Source: Paramecium tetraurelia
Lineage: Eukaryota
NCBI GenBank assembly: GCA_000165425.1
Contig: CT868596.1
Span: 310,001 to 374,000, forward strand
DNA: 64,000 nucleotides
Direction: 5' to 3'
The stretch's first letter is position 1. Each line of letters opens with the position of its first letter. Shown piece by piece: positions 13,893 through 26,557 of the stretch. Both the position numbers and the translations under genes were made by a program. The notes under the pieces were generated by a model that had not been told where the DNA came from, ran no database searches, and saw only the letters and a list, made by a program, of their open reading frames with translations.

Positions 13893-14708
13893 TCAATCAG
13901 ACTTCTTTTCAATTGTCATTTTTCTCCTGCCATGTTTGTCTTAATGTATTCTAAGTTCTTTGATCTTCTTATCAAAAATACTTAATTAACGCATCTACCT
14001 TTCTTTTTCTGCCTCTTCTTCTTATCTAATTAAATATGAATGCAATATTTTTGATTGAAACTCTTTAGATTATTCAGTTTTCTTCTATACATTCATTTTT
14101 TCTAAACTTACTTGAATACTCTTATGTTCAGTCCTTAATTTACTTTATTCTGATACATGATAATTGTAATTCTTATTATAACTGTTTATATATGATCTGC
14201 TAGTGTCTTAATTGCTTTTATCTACTTTTGAGCTATCTTAGCTCCTGGAGGATTGCTATCTATCTAAATTCAATGATTTGTAAATCTTTTTGAATTCCTC
14301 CTTTATTACAGGAAAGGACACAGGTTTTTTATCAGAATGGACTCCTTCTATTAGAATTTAATTTTTGTTAAGTAGGTGTTGAAATGATTCGAAAATTCCT
14401 TGTTTTTTTCTGAAGCCCTTCATTTAATATTCTTCCATATAACGAGGATGATAAACTTCTTTTTATTTGATAATGTATTCTGGTCTATCCACTTTGTCTG
14501 TCAATTAAACTAATGGATTATAAATAGAAACAGGAGGCAATTTTTTCGTTACATAATATTGAGGTTTATCATGGTGTATAAGTACATCCTAATGAAGAGG
14601 ACTGTTAAATTATTTATTATTAGGGAGATGACTATTGCTTTCAAAACGCATAAAATCTTAGCCTCTTTTAAATCTAGGAGGATCTCTATTTTCAAGGAAT
14701 TTTAACAT
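13893..14708 (-). CDS. Hypothetical protein
   Basis: Code-6 frame from MLKFLENRDPPRFKRG to KMTIEKKSD-TGA; charged, coiled-coil-like C-terminus. Confidence 0.6.
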
Positions 14709-14829
14709 TAATAAATTAATTATTAAAATGCAGTTCCTAAGGAGAAATATAATATTTTCCAATTTTTAAAGAGCATATACATAAAAGGATCTTTACCTTT
14801 CAATATAATAAATTAATATTCAATAATTT

Positions 14830-15592
14830 CTAATCAGTATCAGATGGCGTAGTAATCGTAAGGTTGACAATTGCATATGTGGATGAGTATCATCACAAAG
14901 AGAAATCTAAAGACTTAACGGGAGTGTCTCAGTGAGATTTTAATAGCTATATTAAAGGAATTGAGTAATAATTATAAAAAGTCAACATAGTTTAGTTTTT
15001 TTCATTTTCTTAGGTTAAAGTTCAGTAGATTCTTGCTGTTCGATTGTCTGTACGACTTTTTCTTTAACATCTTTGGCCTGTGACATGATTTTTTTGATGT
15101 AAAGATTTTTTGTAAATTGTGTTTTGTGTGTTTTCGATTTAATATGCTAATTTTCAAGTTAAATAATACATCTAAATAATCTTCATAATGTTGTTTGCAA
15201 ACATTACAATATTTTGACTAACTTTTGGGTTTGGGGAAGTGCTGAATCAATAACAATAATTACAAGCACTTTATTTTTTGAGGTCAACTCCTAATACTTT
15301 TTTTAGTATTGGATCTGATATTAATCATTATGTTAAAGGTGCAGAGGCTATTTTAAAATAGTTAATACTTAATCAATGAGGGGGATAAATCCTGGTTAGG
15401 CAGGATCTCTGTCATTATTGAATATAGGGATAGTCTCCATCATACATTACGTGATTCTTATAAAATTGAGTGAAATCAATACTCACTAAACGAAGGCGAA
15501 TAATTGATTTCAACATACTTATACTTGGCATCTCGATTAAATGATTAGGGAAACAAGATAAACAAATTTGGACGTTCCTATTAATTCTTCAT
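14830..15592 (-). CDS. Small protein with DBF4-type zinc finger (zf-DBF)
   Basis: ATG 15592; after three short introns it reads KYCNVCKQHYEDYLDHIKSKTHK (CxxC..Y..H..S..H). 3' end uncertain. Confidence 0.6.
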
Positions 15593-15670
15593 ATGTTTAA
15601 AAGTTATTTATTTTTTTAATATATTTTATCATTTTTCTTAAATAAGAATAGTGAATTTTTAATTATTTTT

Positions 15671-16611
15671 ATGTATTAAAAACATTCTCAGGATTTAGTA
15701 ATATGCAAAGATAATAGAAGTACATAGAGTGCTCATAAGTGTAGAGGTGGAGATTCGCCTCAAAAATTATATCAAAATCTAACACATAAGAATTCCAACC
15801 AATCCAAGGACATTCATCTCCTTCAAAGTTTTTCATCATTTCCTAAAATTAGACAATCAAATGAGACCAACTCATTATTTGCAAACTTCCATTGATGTTC
15901 ATGAGTTGAATAGGTCTTAAAAGGCCAGACACTCTCATCAAAGAATTAAAACAGAAATTGACAGATCAATGGACTTGAATAAGAGAATCTACCCAAAAGT
16001 TCTCTCTGTATTATTACGTAAATTAATCTGATCTCAAGTTAGATAAGATCGAAATCCCAAGAAACAATTAGAATGCTCTAGAGAAGATTTCAACAAGTAA
16101 GGCTAATAGACTCAGAACAATTAAATTAAATTAAGGAAGGTTTTTTATTGATAAAATATATAGTATAAAGAGATATCTAGGATAGCCACCACAAATACTT
16201 CTTTTAACCTGATATAAAACCATAACTTTCGATTAAAGCTAACAATTATCTAAGTATTTAAATCCAAAATTTAGAAATAAATCCTTAGGCCAACTTTTAG
16301 GACTCTACTTTGGATGACCTCTCTTAAATCCATCATTAGCAAAATAAGTTAAATGATATAAGAAGGAACACAAATCCTAACCAATTAAAGAAATCATTAT
16401 TTTAATAAATATAAGATTTTAATTTAATTAGATTTGAGTATGGAAAATGTAATTTTATAATAATAGTTAAATTCATTTAGCTAAGGAAGAAGATTATATG
16501 AAGTTTTCCTTTGGATTTCAATACAATCAAGTAAGGTCTACTAAAAAGTTTCCAAAAGATGTATTTTACAATGATGTAAGGAAAGCCAAAAAGAATTTAT
16601 CGATGTAATGA
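15671..16611 (+). CDS. Hypothetical protein
   Basis: MYQKHSQDLVICKD...; intron gtttttcatcatttcctaaaattag restores frame; ends KFPKDVFYNDVRKAKKNLSMQ-TGA. Confidence 0.6.
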
Positions 16612-16884
16612 AACTCATTAATTTCCTTATCATTTTTTCTACCATTTTAAATTCTATTTAAATTTAGATTAAATTTAATTTATTGATATAAATATTATAA
16701 AATTCAAGTCAACAAAGGATCAATTTTGATATTAAAAAAATTCCTTTGGAGTAAATTACCAATTTAATTTCAGTCCCATGAAATTTGATTCATAATTAAT
16801 GAGATCATAAATTCATGCAATTTAAAGCTATAAATGAGAATTTGATTAAATTATTAATAAATTTATTGTTAAAACATTTTAGAG

Positions 16885-17629
16885 ATGGACTGCCCTATTA
16901 AAGTTAGCCAATTGAAATCAAGTACAGAATAGAGAGAAACCTTCGATAAACTATTCAAAGTGCCTGCTTAACATGTTTAAAGAGCTTAATAAAAACACTA
17001 ATCGAAATCTGATTTAATAAATGAATTGCGCCATGAGAACGACGAATTGAAAAATACCATTAATGAATTAAAGGATAGAATCTAAGAGTTAGAAGTGCAA
17101 CTAAAAGGAAAGCAAGCCCCCTAAATTGAGGAAGAAAATCAAGAGACAATTTCAGTTGAAAAACCATAATAAGAATTTTAAGAAGAAATGAATGAAGAAG
17201 AGAAATCTCTCCATTTTGCCTTGATGCTTTAATAATAAGAAGAGATGGAATTTTAAAATCGATTGAACTAGTAAAAATTTGTTCTTATAATTTATAGAAT
17301 GTAAAATAATGTTGACTTAGATGAAATGAGTTACGAATAATTATAAGAACTTTAAGAGTAGATGGGATTTGTGAGTCGAGGATTAGTGGAACACTAAATC
17401 TAAAAGCTTCTGAAGCAATGCATCATTTAAAACTAAACAAATGATTGGTATGCCAATTGTCGTCTAATATTGTAGTTGCACAATTTGTTTAGAAGACAGT
17501 GGAAGTCCTGTTGAAATTCAATTGGAGTGTGGACATGTGTTCCATAAGGAATGCATTTCAGAATGGTTATCCAGAGAAAAGCATTGTCCAGTTTGCAAGA
17601 GAGATATCGAATTGGGAAAACTTAAGTGA
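16885..17629 (+). CDS. RING-H2 E3 ubiquitin ligase (BIG BROTHER/RNF38-like)
   Basis: Coiled coil, then DLDEMSYEQLQELQEQMGFVSRGL, then CTICLEDSGSPVEIQLECGHVFHKECISEWLSREKHCPVCKR. Confidence 0.85.
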
Positions 17630-18004
17630 ATTGATCTGTTATTTAATTTTTGTTTATTGCATATTATTAATCAATTTATATAAAATAATATAATTGTATA
17701 TTTTGTATTGCTGATATTTCTATGAGCTTATCAAATTTGATTTTTGTTAGTATCCTACAGAAATTTGATGGCCTAAGTACAATTTGAATAAAAATCGGTA
17801 ACTGTTGAAGTTTATAATTTCTGTTTTTTGCTCATATCGTATTTAATTAAAAATAGAATGAGGAGGGATTTGTCATGGCAATAAGATTTAAAAAACTGAT
17901 AAAATTGGGAGAGCGAGAAAAAGTAGGAAAAATTGAGGTAATGAATAATTTGGATTGATAATGTGTTTAATAAATAATAATATATTATATTACAAAAACG
18001 AATA

Positions 18005-18813
18005 ATGGATGATAATTATCGAGATGAATATCAAGGATCAGAGTCTGAAATTGTAAGAAGGTCTGATGAGATGTAATTTAAGTGTATACGCATATCGATA
18101 GCATTTTCAATATATTTAATATTGCAAATGCTGGCTCTCAGGATAGAGTACTAGATATAATGGATTTATATTGCAATAGTTTTCATTATTTGTGATACTG
18201 TTATATGGATCTTGACTAGTCTATGGTTATGTACTGAATATTTATTTTACTAGCTTAATAGCAATATCCAAGAATAGCCAAAGTGTTCTTAGGAATAGCC
18301 TAACACTCCACTTTTGGACTCTTACCAATTTTTGTCCTTCTTATATGTTTGCAGTTGGATGAAATTATTAATTCGAATTCCATTCTGATCGCATTTCCAT
18401 TGTTTGCATGGGAAATAATGCTGTTGTCATTTTTGATTTTCATCATCCCAGGATTGTGTGATGATAATTAAGGATCCAAGAAATGGGTAGCTGTGGTTAT
18501 TCTATACTACATAGCTATCATTTACACTGAAGTGGCTACTCTAATTCAATTACAATTCTATTTTAATTGGTTTTGGGTAACATCTTTACTTATCTTTACA
18601 TTGTTTTACAACATTATTATACTAATAACAGACTGTACTATCACTGTGATTTGGCCATGCATTATTTTAGCTATTTGTATCTTCAGTTTAACTTAAATGA
18701 CACTTGTTTTGAATGATGCAAATAAAGATCAAAATAAATAAATGCAATACCTGGCAATCATACCGATATGTGTGATCAGTATTATTAATTTCATTAAATA
18801 AATCATAGTGTGA
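18005..18813 (+). CDS. Multi-pass membrane protein (TMEM185/TMEM60-like)
   Basis: Several hydrophobic helices, e.g. 'LLPIFVLLICLQLDEIINSNSILIAFPLFAW'. Family assignment is tentative. Confidence 0.55.
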
Positions 18814-18999
18814 ATTGATTAAATGTTTATTTTAATAGTAAGCTTAAAATTATAAAACTCTAAATTTTGATAGAAGTTCTCTATTTTAGTAGGGGAACGA
18901 TTCATAATTCATCTAAGTAGATAGATTTCACAAAATTATTAAACAAATATTAAAGGAATCTGAACAGTTAATAATTATTTTATTAATATATACACAATA

Positions 19000-19953
19000 A
19001 TGTCAATAGTGAAAAGACACTTATCTAATGGTAGAATGAAATCCGATGCCGACTTATTTAAATAAGCAGTAGAAGAGGTAGAGAGAAAAAGACCTGGATC
19101 AGGACAACCTATGTCAACAGTCAAATCGCCTTTACCTCCGAGAAAGCCACTTTTTTCTGGTACTTAAAAATAAAGATTGATAATCAATGCGAATAATATT
19201 GAGCAATAAAATCAAGAATAGAAGCTAGTTAAAACTAGTCAGCATTCATCCAAAGCATCGTTAAACCTCACATAGAATTAATAATCATTGCAACAAATTG
19301 TAACTATCATTTAGATTTACTTATTTAGAAAAGTCCTCAAAAGTAAACTAAACCTCCTATTCACATTGATAAAAAGATCATAATAGCAAGATAAGAGTAA
19401 TTTGGAAGTTCTGGGAGACCTACAATAAGTGGAGAGATATAATCAAGAAATAGCAGTAAATAAAAAGTATCGAGTGCAGGAACGAACACTAAATAATTTA
19501 TTTGGGCTGATGCTATTGAATAACCATAACAGTCAAGGGACTCATCTTTAAATGTAATTTTTATATTATAGCAAGAAAAGAAGGGTATTGTCGAGAGAGA
19601 AATTAAAAGCACTTCCAGGATAGTATTAAACTCATTAACACTAATAAATCACTTAATCTTGTCGACCAGAGCAAGCTTAGTGTCATGAATTTGATTAGAA
19701 ATTGACTAAATCAGTTGAAAATAAGCAACCATTATGTTATACTGATTTTAGTATGACTTCAGGAAGGAATGATTTAGCAAAAGCCTTTGCTTCTATTCAA
19801 ATGGAAATCAAATAAGCCTCATAAGAAGCTAAACAAAACTCAGTAAATTCATACATGAATGGTAATAATTCAATATATGAGTGTATAGCCATACCAGAAT
19901 AAGAGGATGATGGATGCTCGTCATTGGCATAGAGTACTCTCTATTAATTTTGA
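19000..19953 (+). CDS. Hypothetical low-complexity (S/Q-rich) protein
   Basis: MSIVKRHLSNGRMKSDAD... to AQSTLYQF-TGA, with short introns. Confidence 0.6.
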
Positions 19954-20032
19954 TGATGATTACTCTAATTAATTAATAGATTTACAATTAGTATCAATAT
20001 ATATATATTATAAAATTTAATTATTGTTTTTT

Positions 20033-21695
20033 ATGGGGGGATGTGGATCAAGAGATAGAGAAATGAAAGAGAAAATTGGCTTCGCATAGAATGATTATGA
20101 TTATGCAATCAAACAGTTTTCTAAAATGACCCAATAAAAACCAGGGTATTTGCAAAATATATTAAAGGAAAGCAGATCAATACTTTAGTTTTGAAGGTTT
20201 TAAAGTATTCTTTACCGAGAACCCTGTTTTCGCCTAAAAATTATACATCTTCATGAGAAATTATGGTGGTTAAAATTATGTTGACTTAAATACATTCCTA
20301 ATAGTCGGTAATTCATATTCTTTAAAGCATAGTTGACTTATTTACTAGAACTTCTATGAAATTATAGAATTAATTGAAGAATTTGGATATTTAAATATTA
20401 TTTATTTTGGTATCGCTTTCTAGTTCTGAGATTATGCAGAAAGACACATTCAATTTTAATAATGTTTATAAAATATCTATTAGCTATTCTAATGCTGTTA
20501 AATTATTCAAAGTAAAAGCATGTAATAAATTAGGAACTAATAAATATGTAAAGTGATAAAGGCGATATTTTATGTCATGACGATGATTAAGCTCCTATTT
20601 TATTAGTCAATAATATTTTTTAAGGTAAATAATTTTATATTGTTAGACCATTCAATTCTTAACTATAAAGCCTTTATAGATAAAATTAAATAAGAAACTC
20701 CTTAGATTTCTAAGATTGTGAAGAATTATATAGCAGGTAAGTTTATTAATAAGATGCTTAAAAATTAATTACCTAAATTAGAATCCAGTGAATTAATGAA
20801 TAAATAGTTGATTGGTATGATATTTAAAATAAATTTCATAAAGCTCTTCTTAATTTGAGTGTTCCTTGGTTTTATAAATGTGTTGCTGTAAATCAAGTAT
20901 ACAAATATGAACTCGAAAGTGGATAAACTTATAATTTCAATGTTCTAGGAAACAGTCTGTTGTAAATGAAGGGGCCAAATGTTATTCTGTTTCGACATCT
21001 CTAAAGAGATAAAGATACAGATAAAATAGATAAATACACCTTTGGCTATTTTTCACCTTCTCAATGGAAAGTGTCACCTGATATTTCAGGGAATAAGGGT
21101 TCTTTCATATTTTCTGTTCACCCAAAATTTAAAATATTCTCAACAAACAACTAACAATAAAGTAAATTTGCTTTATTGATTCCTATCATAACCAAAAAAT
21201 AGACGCAAACTCTTCAGAGTCAATTAAAATAAGGACCAAAATAACCAGGTTTGGGAATTGGTGGCAGTGGATATGATCATCACAGAATTTGGATAGATGG
21301 AAAGTAATTGCAGGCAAGTAGATTGGCGATTGATGATAAGACTTTTTAGAGTGGACCAATATTACCAAATGATATTCATTTATTGAATGTAATTTTTAAT
21401 TGTATTTATAGATAGATTTGATCGAAATTTGGGATTTGTAATTGAATACTGCAGCACAAAGCACCTCTTATTTTAAGTCAACTACTCATCAGCATTATTG
21501 TGGTGAAGAGGAATAAAGATTTAATCAACACTAATTGAGGGATGTTCTCCTGACTTTAAATTAATAAAGCAGTAATGATTATGTAATTTTATGGATGCAT
21601 TAATATTTTAGAGAAGAGGAACTTAAGAATATTAGATATCAAATCCTTTGCTCCCAATTAGCGAGGAGGAGGAGGAGAAATAGTAGGGAAAATGA
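20033..21695 (+). CDS. N-myristoylated TLDc-domain protein (MEAK7/TLDC1-like)
   Basis: N-terminus MGGCGSR; TLDc motifs 'KGPNVILF..YTFGYFSPSQW..GNKGSFIFSVHPKFKIF..GLGIGG..RIWID'; several short introns. Confidence 0.75.
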
Positions 21696-21734
21696 TATTT
21701 TATATATTTATTATGATAACAAAATCTTTATCTA

Positions 21735-22420
21735 TCATGCATTATTAAAATAGAAATAATCTTATGGTTTGACGATTTTATTTAAGATATCTCCAATTGC
21801 AGATAAATATCTAATTTTATCTTAGAGATTGGATCTTAAAATTTGAGCATAAGCATGGTTTTAGTAAAACTCAATTGATAATTTCTGAAAAAGTGATTTG
21901 AAAACATCCTAAATTTTCTTCGTATTTGAAGGGTTTGTGTAACACAAAATTAACATTTCTTCTAACCCTTTTAACTCAATAGATCTAATCCACTTCCAGA
22001 AATGAGGTAATAAATTTTCATTATCAGCAAAATAGAGTTACACTCTTTCCTTGGATACAAAATCTTCAATTATAAATTTCATTTAACTTTTTATCAAATA
22101 CATTTTAATTTGTGTATCTTCTAATTATAAGCATAGGCATTACCATCTTGATGTTTAATATTTTCTAATTTTTAATATTATATTTATGTAATGAGGTTAT
22201 TAACAGCTTCTGATTATTCTTGTTTTACAAGTGGTATTTTTGGTTCTATCAATTGATTTAATATCTTATTCGACTAGGCTTACTAAATGAGTTATTGCAA
22301 AAAGCTTAATGGAATCGTAACAGCAGGAGTAAATTATTTATAATTTGCGCATCTATTATGGAATGGGAATATTTAATTAAGTTGAGAATATGCAGGATTC
22401 TGATTTTAAGAGCCATTCAT
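21735..22420 (-). CDS. Hypothetical protein
   Basis: MNGSQNQNPAYSQL...; one 23-nt intron; ends ILNKIVKPQDYFYFNNA-TGA. Confidence 0.65.
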
Positions 22421-23030
22421 CTCATTTTAATTTTACACTATTTTTATTGGTGCTACTTTAACATTCTTCTTGGTTTCTTAATAAGGCTCAAAACTCATAA
22501 AAACTAGATTTTATAAATTTTGTGTATTTACTATTAAATTTTGAATAGCATAGAGGAAAACTATACTTTATTTTAGTGAAACTCATACAATTGAGAAATC
22601 TTGATCATACCTTTTATCATTATAAGAAACAATTCTAGAAGAATATCAATCTAATCACTATTAGTTTATGGTTCTTCGATGATTGTAATGAAGCAAACAT
22701 AATTTCTATTTAAGTTAATAAAAAAATGAGCCTAATTGTCTTAATATATGATTTGAGGTCAATAATGCAGATTGATTCATATATATATTCCAAAAATTCT
22801 GTTTAAAATTAGAAATTTGAAGTCTAGAATTTATTATATTTAATGATGTACTTTTTAGATAGAAATTGAAAAAAGGTAATAGGTAACAAAAATTATTATT
22901 TATCGCTTGAAGATCGAAAGTTGTCTTATGTAAAATCAACTGAATAATAATTATTAAATATAGGTGAAGAATTGAGACATAATTATAAAATATTATTGAT
23001 TTCTTTAATTAATTGATGCTTTATATATTT

Positions 23031-24085
23031 TCATCTATGATACAAGTCCATAATATTGATGGGTTCGTTTTATTTATATTATTATTATAATTAAACGAAA
23101 TTCGGTTGTTGCTAATGAAATGTATTTTATTAAAACTATTATTGTTATTGTTATTATTATTGCTAATTGAAATATGCATTGTTATTTTAGAATTACTAGT
23201 AGCCATATTACTATTGTTGCTATCCTAAGTTCTGCAAATAAACATAATTAACATTTTTTTGAGGAATTGTTTGTTATGATTGCATCTGTTATTTTTATTA
23301 CTAATTTGAATTGTATAGATTTAGAATGTCCAAGGATGGCAATGAATGCATAGCATGATTTGTTTGTTACTTAGTCTGAGGAAAATCATTCTTATCTTTT
23401 TCTGGTGACAATGAATGAGTAGTTCCATACTAGGTGTTATTTCCGTGGATGATTTCAACTTTAGTTTCCTTTACTCCAAAAATGTCAGATTACTCGTTGA
23501 AATCTATTAAATCACCTAGTTTCACCTTTGGTTCTTCTTACTTGGTTTCAACTTGAAAGTAGAATGGTTTGACAGTACTAAATTGTTATTAAATTTGAAT
23601 ACGTTTTGGTTAACATATATTATTATTTTGGATCCAAACATTATTACTAGGGGATAAATTTCTTTTTGACATATTTCTCTTAAACAAAACGAATTAATGA
23701 ATCTAACCCTGTGTTAATAGTTGGTTTGCTATAATACAATAAACAATCATTTTTACACGTAGTTCTTTGGCATAGTATTTTCCCAATAAGAATTTGCTGT
23801 TGCATTTCCTATGGATTCCATAATATCAATATTTTCCTAAAACCATCCATCAATATTGGTTGATCTGACTCTTGTGACGCTGGGACCCAAAGTTCTGTGA
23901 GCACCTAATAATATAACTATCAATGATTTACCAGCACAATCCATACAAATAAATACACCATAATCCAAGCTAACCCATCTAGGCCCTTTAGTTGCACAAT
24001 CAGCACATACTAAATTTTCTGGCCGTTTCAGGATCAAAGCAAATATTTTTTCTTAGGCTTTTGCTGGAATATGTTATTTATTCAT
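23031..24085 (-). CDS. ArfGAP (SMAP/AGFG-like) with Q/N-rich tail
   Basis: [38 protein letters not shown] is the ArfGAP zinc-finger motif after removing the 27-nt intron at 23905-23931; ends NIMDLYHR-TGA. Confidence 0.9.
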
Positions 24086-24397
24086 TATATTTCAAATTAT
24101 TTTTTTATGAAATCAATTATCATTATAATGTTTTCAAGCTCAAAATTTCAGATCACAACTAGACTTAGATTTCATTTAAATTTGAATTCACACTATTAAT
24201 ATTATTCTCTACCCAGAATTATAATGAAAGCCATATTTTTTGTTTGAAAACAAATAGAATTTATTTTTATGAAAAATATCTAAGAATGATTTAAATATCG
24301 ATTACCTTGATAAATAAATCGATCTTATGTATATGATTCTGTCTTAATTAATTATTAGATAAATAATAAATCAAATATTAATTAAATAAAATTATAC

Positions 24398-25464
24398 ATG
24401 CTAACATGTTCTAAAAATCTGAAATTAAAATTATATACAGTTCCTGATGATCAGTTTCCTAAAAGGAGACACACTGCTTCACGATCCTTGAAGCTCAGTT
24501 CAAGGAAAAAAAGTATCAAAATCTAATATTTAAAGAATTACAAGATGACTATGATATATTTTAGTACCTTAAAAACGAAAATACAACAGACAATTATATG
24601 ACATCATTAACTGACCGAAAGGAAAATAGCTAACTTCATTATAACAATACTTCTGAAGTAAGGGTCAGTAACTTGTTTGAAAAAGATAAAGGGTTCTTAA
24701 AAAAGTTCAATGATGTACAATCGAAAAGAAAATAAGAATAACTTTTAAAAGCTGATTATTTATTAAAGAAAGATTTAGCAGACTTGAATAAAATTGCTTA
24801 AAACAGTGTTTAATCATTCTCGAGTCATTTTTCTCTTTACAATCATTTCCACTTCGAACATTTATTAGAGCCTTAAACAACAAGACCTGATTTGCAATTA
24901 CCACCAAAACAGACATTTTCAATTTTAAGTAATCCAAATAAAAGGGATAGAACTTATAAGGTTCCTTTGCATTAACCTTTTATTTCATAAGATAAAATAA
25001 TTAATGAGCAATCTCTAGAGAAAGTAAGATTTTTGAATTAGAAAATGAATCGAATGAGCTTGAATGTATAATAGTTCTATAAATGAAGTTAATAACAAAA
25101 CTAGATCCTTTGAGTGAATAGTATTTTCAATAGATCTAAGATGGAAATGTGGATGAGCTCAAAAAGTTGATAAAGAAATATCCTCATTTATTATAATAAA
25201 GAACTCGAGTAATTATTATGATGTATAAGACAGTTGCAAGAGACAGGCCTTCATGTGGCTGTAAAGAGAAACAAGAACCAGGTTGTTGAATTACTATTAA
25301 ATAATTAAATCGATGAATTCGCAAGAAATATTGTAAGTATATGGTATATAAATTAAGTGGGGATAAACATCAAGATAATTGGCATTCAAATTATAATATC
25401 GTAACATTTTAAAAGTATTATATAATGGATTATAAAGATGCTTACATATGATTAGAATTAGTGA
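24398..25464 (+). CDS. Protein with C-terminal ankyrin repeats
   Basis: 'GNVDELKKLIKKYPHLL..ETGLHVAVKRNKNQVVELLL..RNIWGQT'. Confidence 0.75.
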
Positions 25465-25506
25465 TTATAGATTAAAATTTTTATACAATTAAATAATTAG
25501 ATTATA

Positions 25507-26512
25507 ATGGTAAGAATTTCAATTCCACATTTTCTAGGCATGTCTTCTGAATATCTTTCAAGGGGAACCTTTAATTGAAATGACTTTGGATGGTATAGAG
25601 ACACGCAAACACACTTTATTTTAGGATAATTAATAAGGAACTTTAAAGTTACCAGTCTATATTGTAATTGATATTGATTGATTTTATGAAATAGGGTGAT
25701 GATAATATCTCTGGAGTTGTTAAAGTAAGGATTAACAATTAAAAATAAATAAAGCATTTGGGAATCCGAGTTGAATTGACTGGACACATTGGTAAGAATT
25801 ATGAATTTACGAATAAAAGAAATTCTCAATGATCAAAAATAAAGTTCAGATTTCATGTCAATATCAAGAGAGTTGGAACCTTAAGGTTTATTATTTGAAG
25901 ACTAGATATATAAATTTTTAATTTTAAAACTTTGAAAAGCCATATGAAAGTTATTATGGCAATATAGTGAAATTAAGATACTAGGTGAAAGTGTTTATGA
26001 CTAGATGGTATGCCAAGGTGTAGAGGAAGTAGATTTTGCTGTTTTGATCTTAGAGCCACAAGAGGATCAACCATAGACTACAAATATGGAAGTATTGATT
26101 CACAAAAATTTAAGAGGTTGGGATTGAAGATATATTACATATTAACTTTGAGTATTCAAAGAATCGATTTCATTAGAAGGATGTTTTGACTGGAATATTG
26201 AATATGTGTTTGGTGGAAATCAAAATAAAATATGTATAATTAGTGATTACCAGAAAGGAATATTATCTATAAGGATCTTAATTTGAGACAGACAATAAGA
26301 CAATAGTCAAATACGAATTAGTAGATGGATGTCCTTAAAAGGGAGATATGATTCCGGTCAGATTGTATCTAAGTGAATTGGATCTGATACCATCAGTCAG
26401 AAATGTTTATGATAAATTCTGTGTGAAAAATTTGATGAGCTTGTTTATAATCGATGAAGATGATAAGAGATATTTCTAATCATAGGTAATTACAATTTAC
26501 AGGAAGAAGTGA
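25507..26512 (+). CDS. VPS26: Retromer subunit VPS26 (two apparent single-base indels)
   Basis: HLGIRVELTGHI, EKPYESYYG..VKLRY, EVGIEDILHINFEY, YELVDGCP, IDEDDKRYF. Intron directly after the ATG. Frame breaks at about 25915-25919 (+1) and about 26023 (-1). Confidence 0.9.
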
Positions 26513-26557
26513 TTAAATCATCATATCTAATAATATTTTGTAAGAGAAATAAACCTA

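Noticed and set aside
15224..15236. TTTGGGTTTGGGG, resembling Paramecium telomeric repeats
   Set aside because: Only two units, and they encode FPKPK on the minus strand of the zf-DBF gene.
23130..23170. (TTA/TTG)n trinucleotide run; a similar run lies at about 26800-26830
   Set aside because: Poly-Gln coding sequence (TAA/CAA codons) on the minus strand, not a repeat array.
25497..25829. 110-aa minus-strand ORF in the supplied track
   Set aside because: Antisense to VPS26 and spans its introns.
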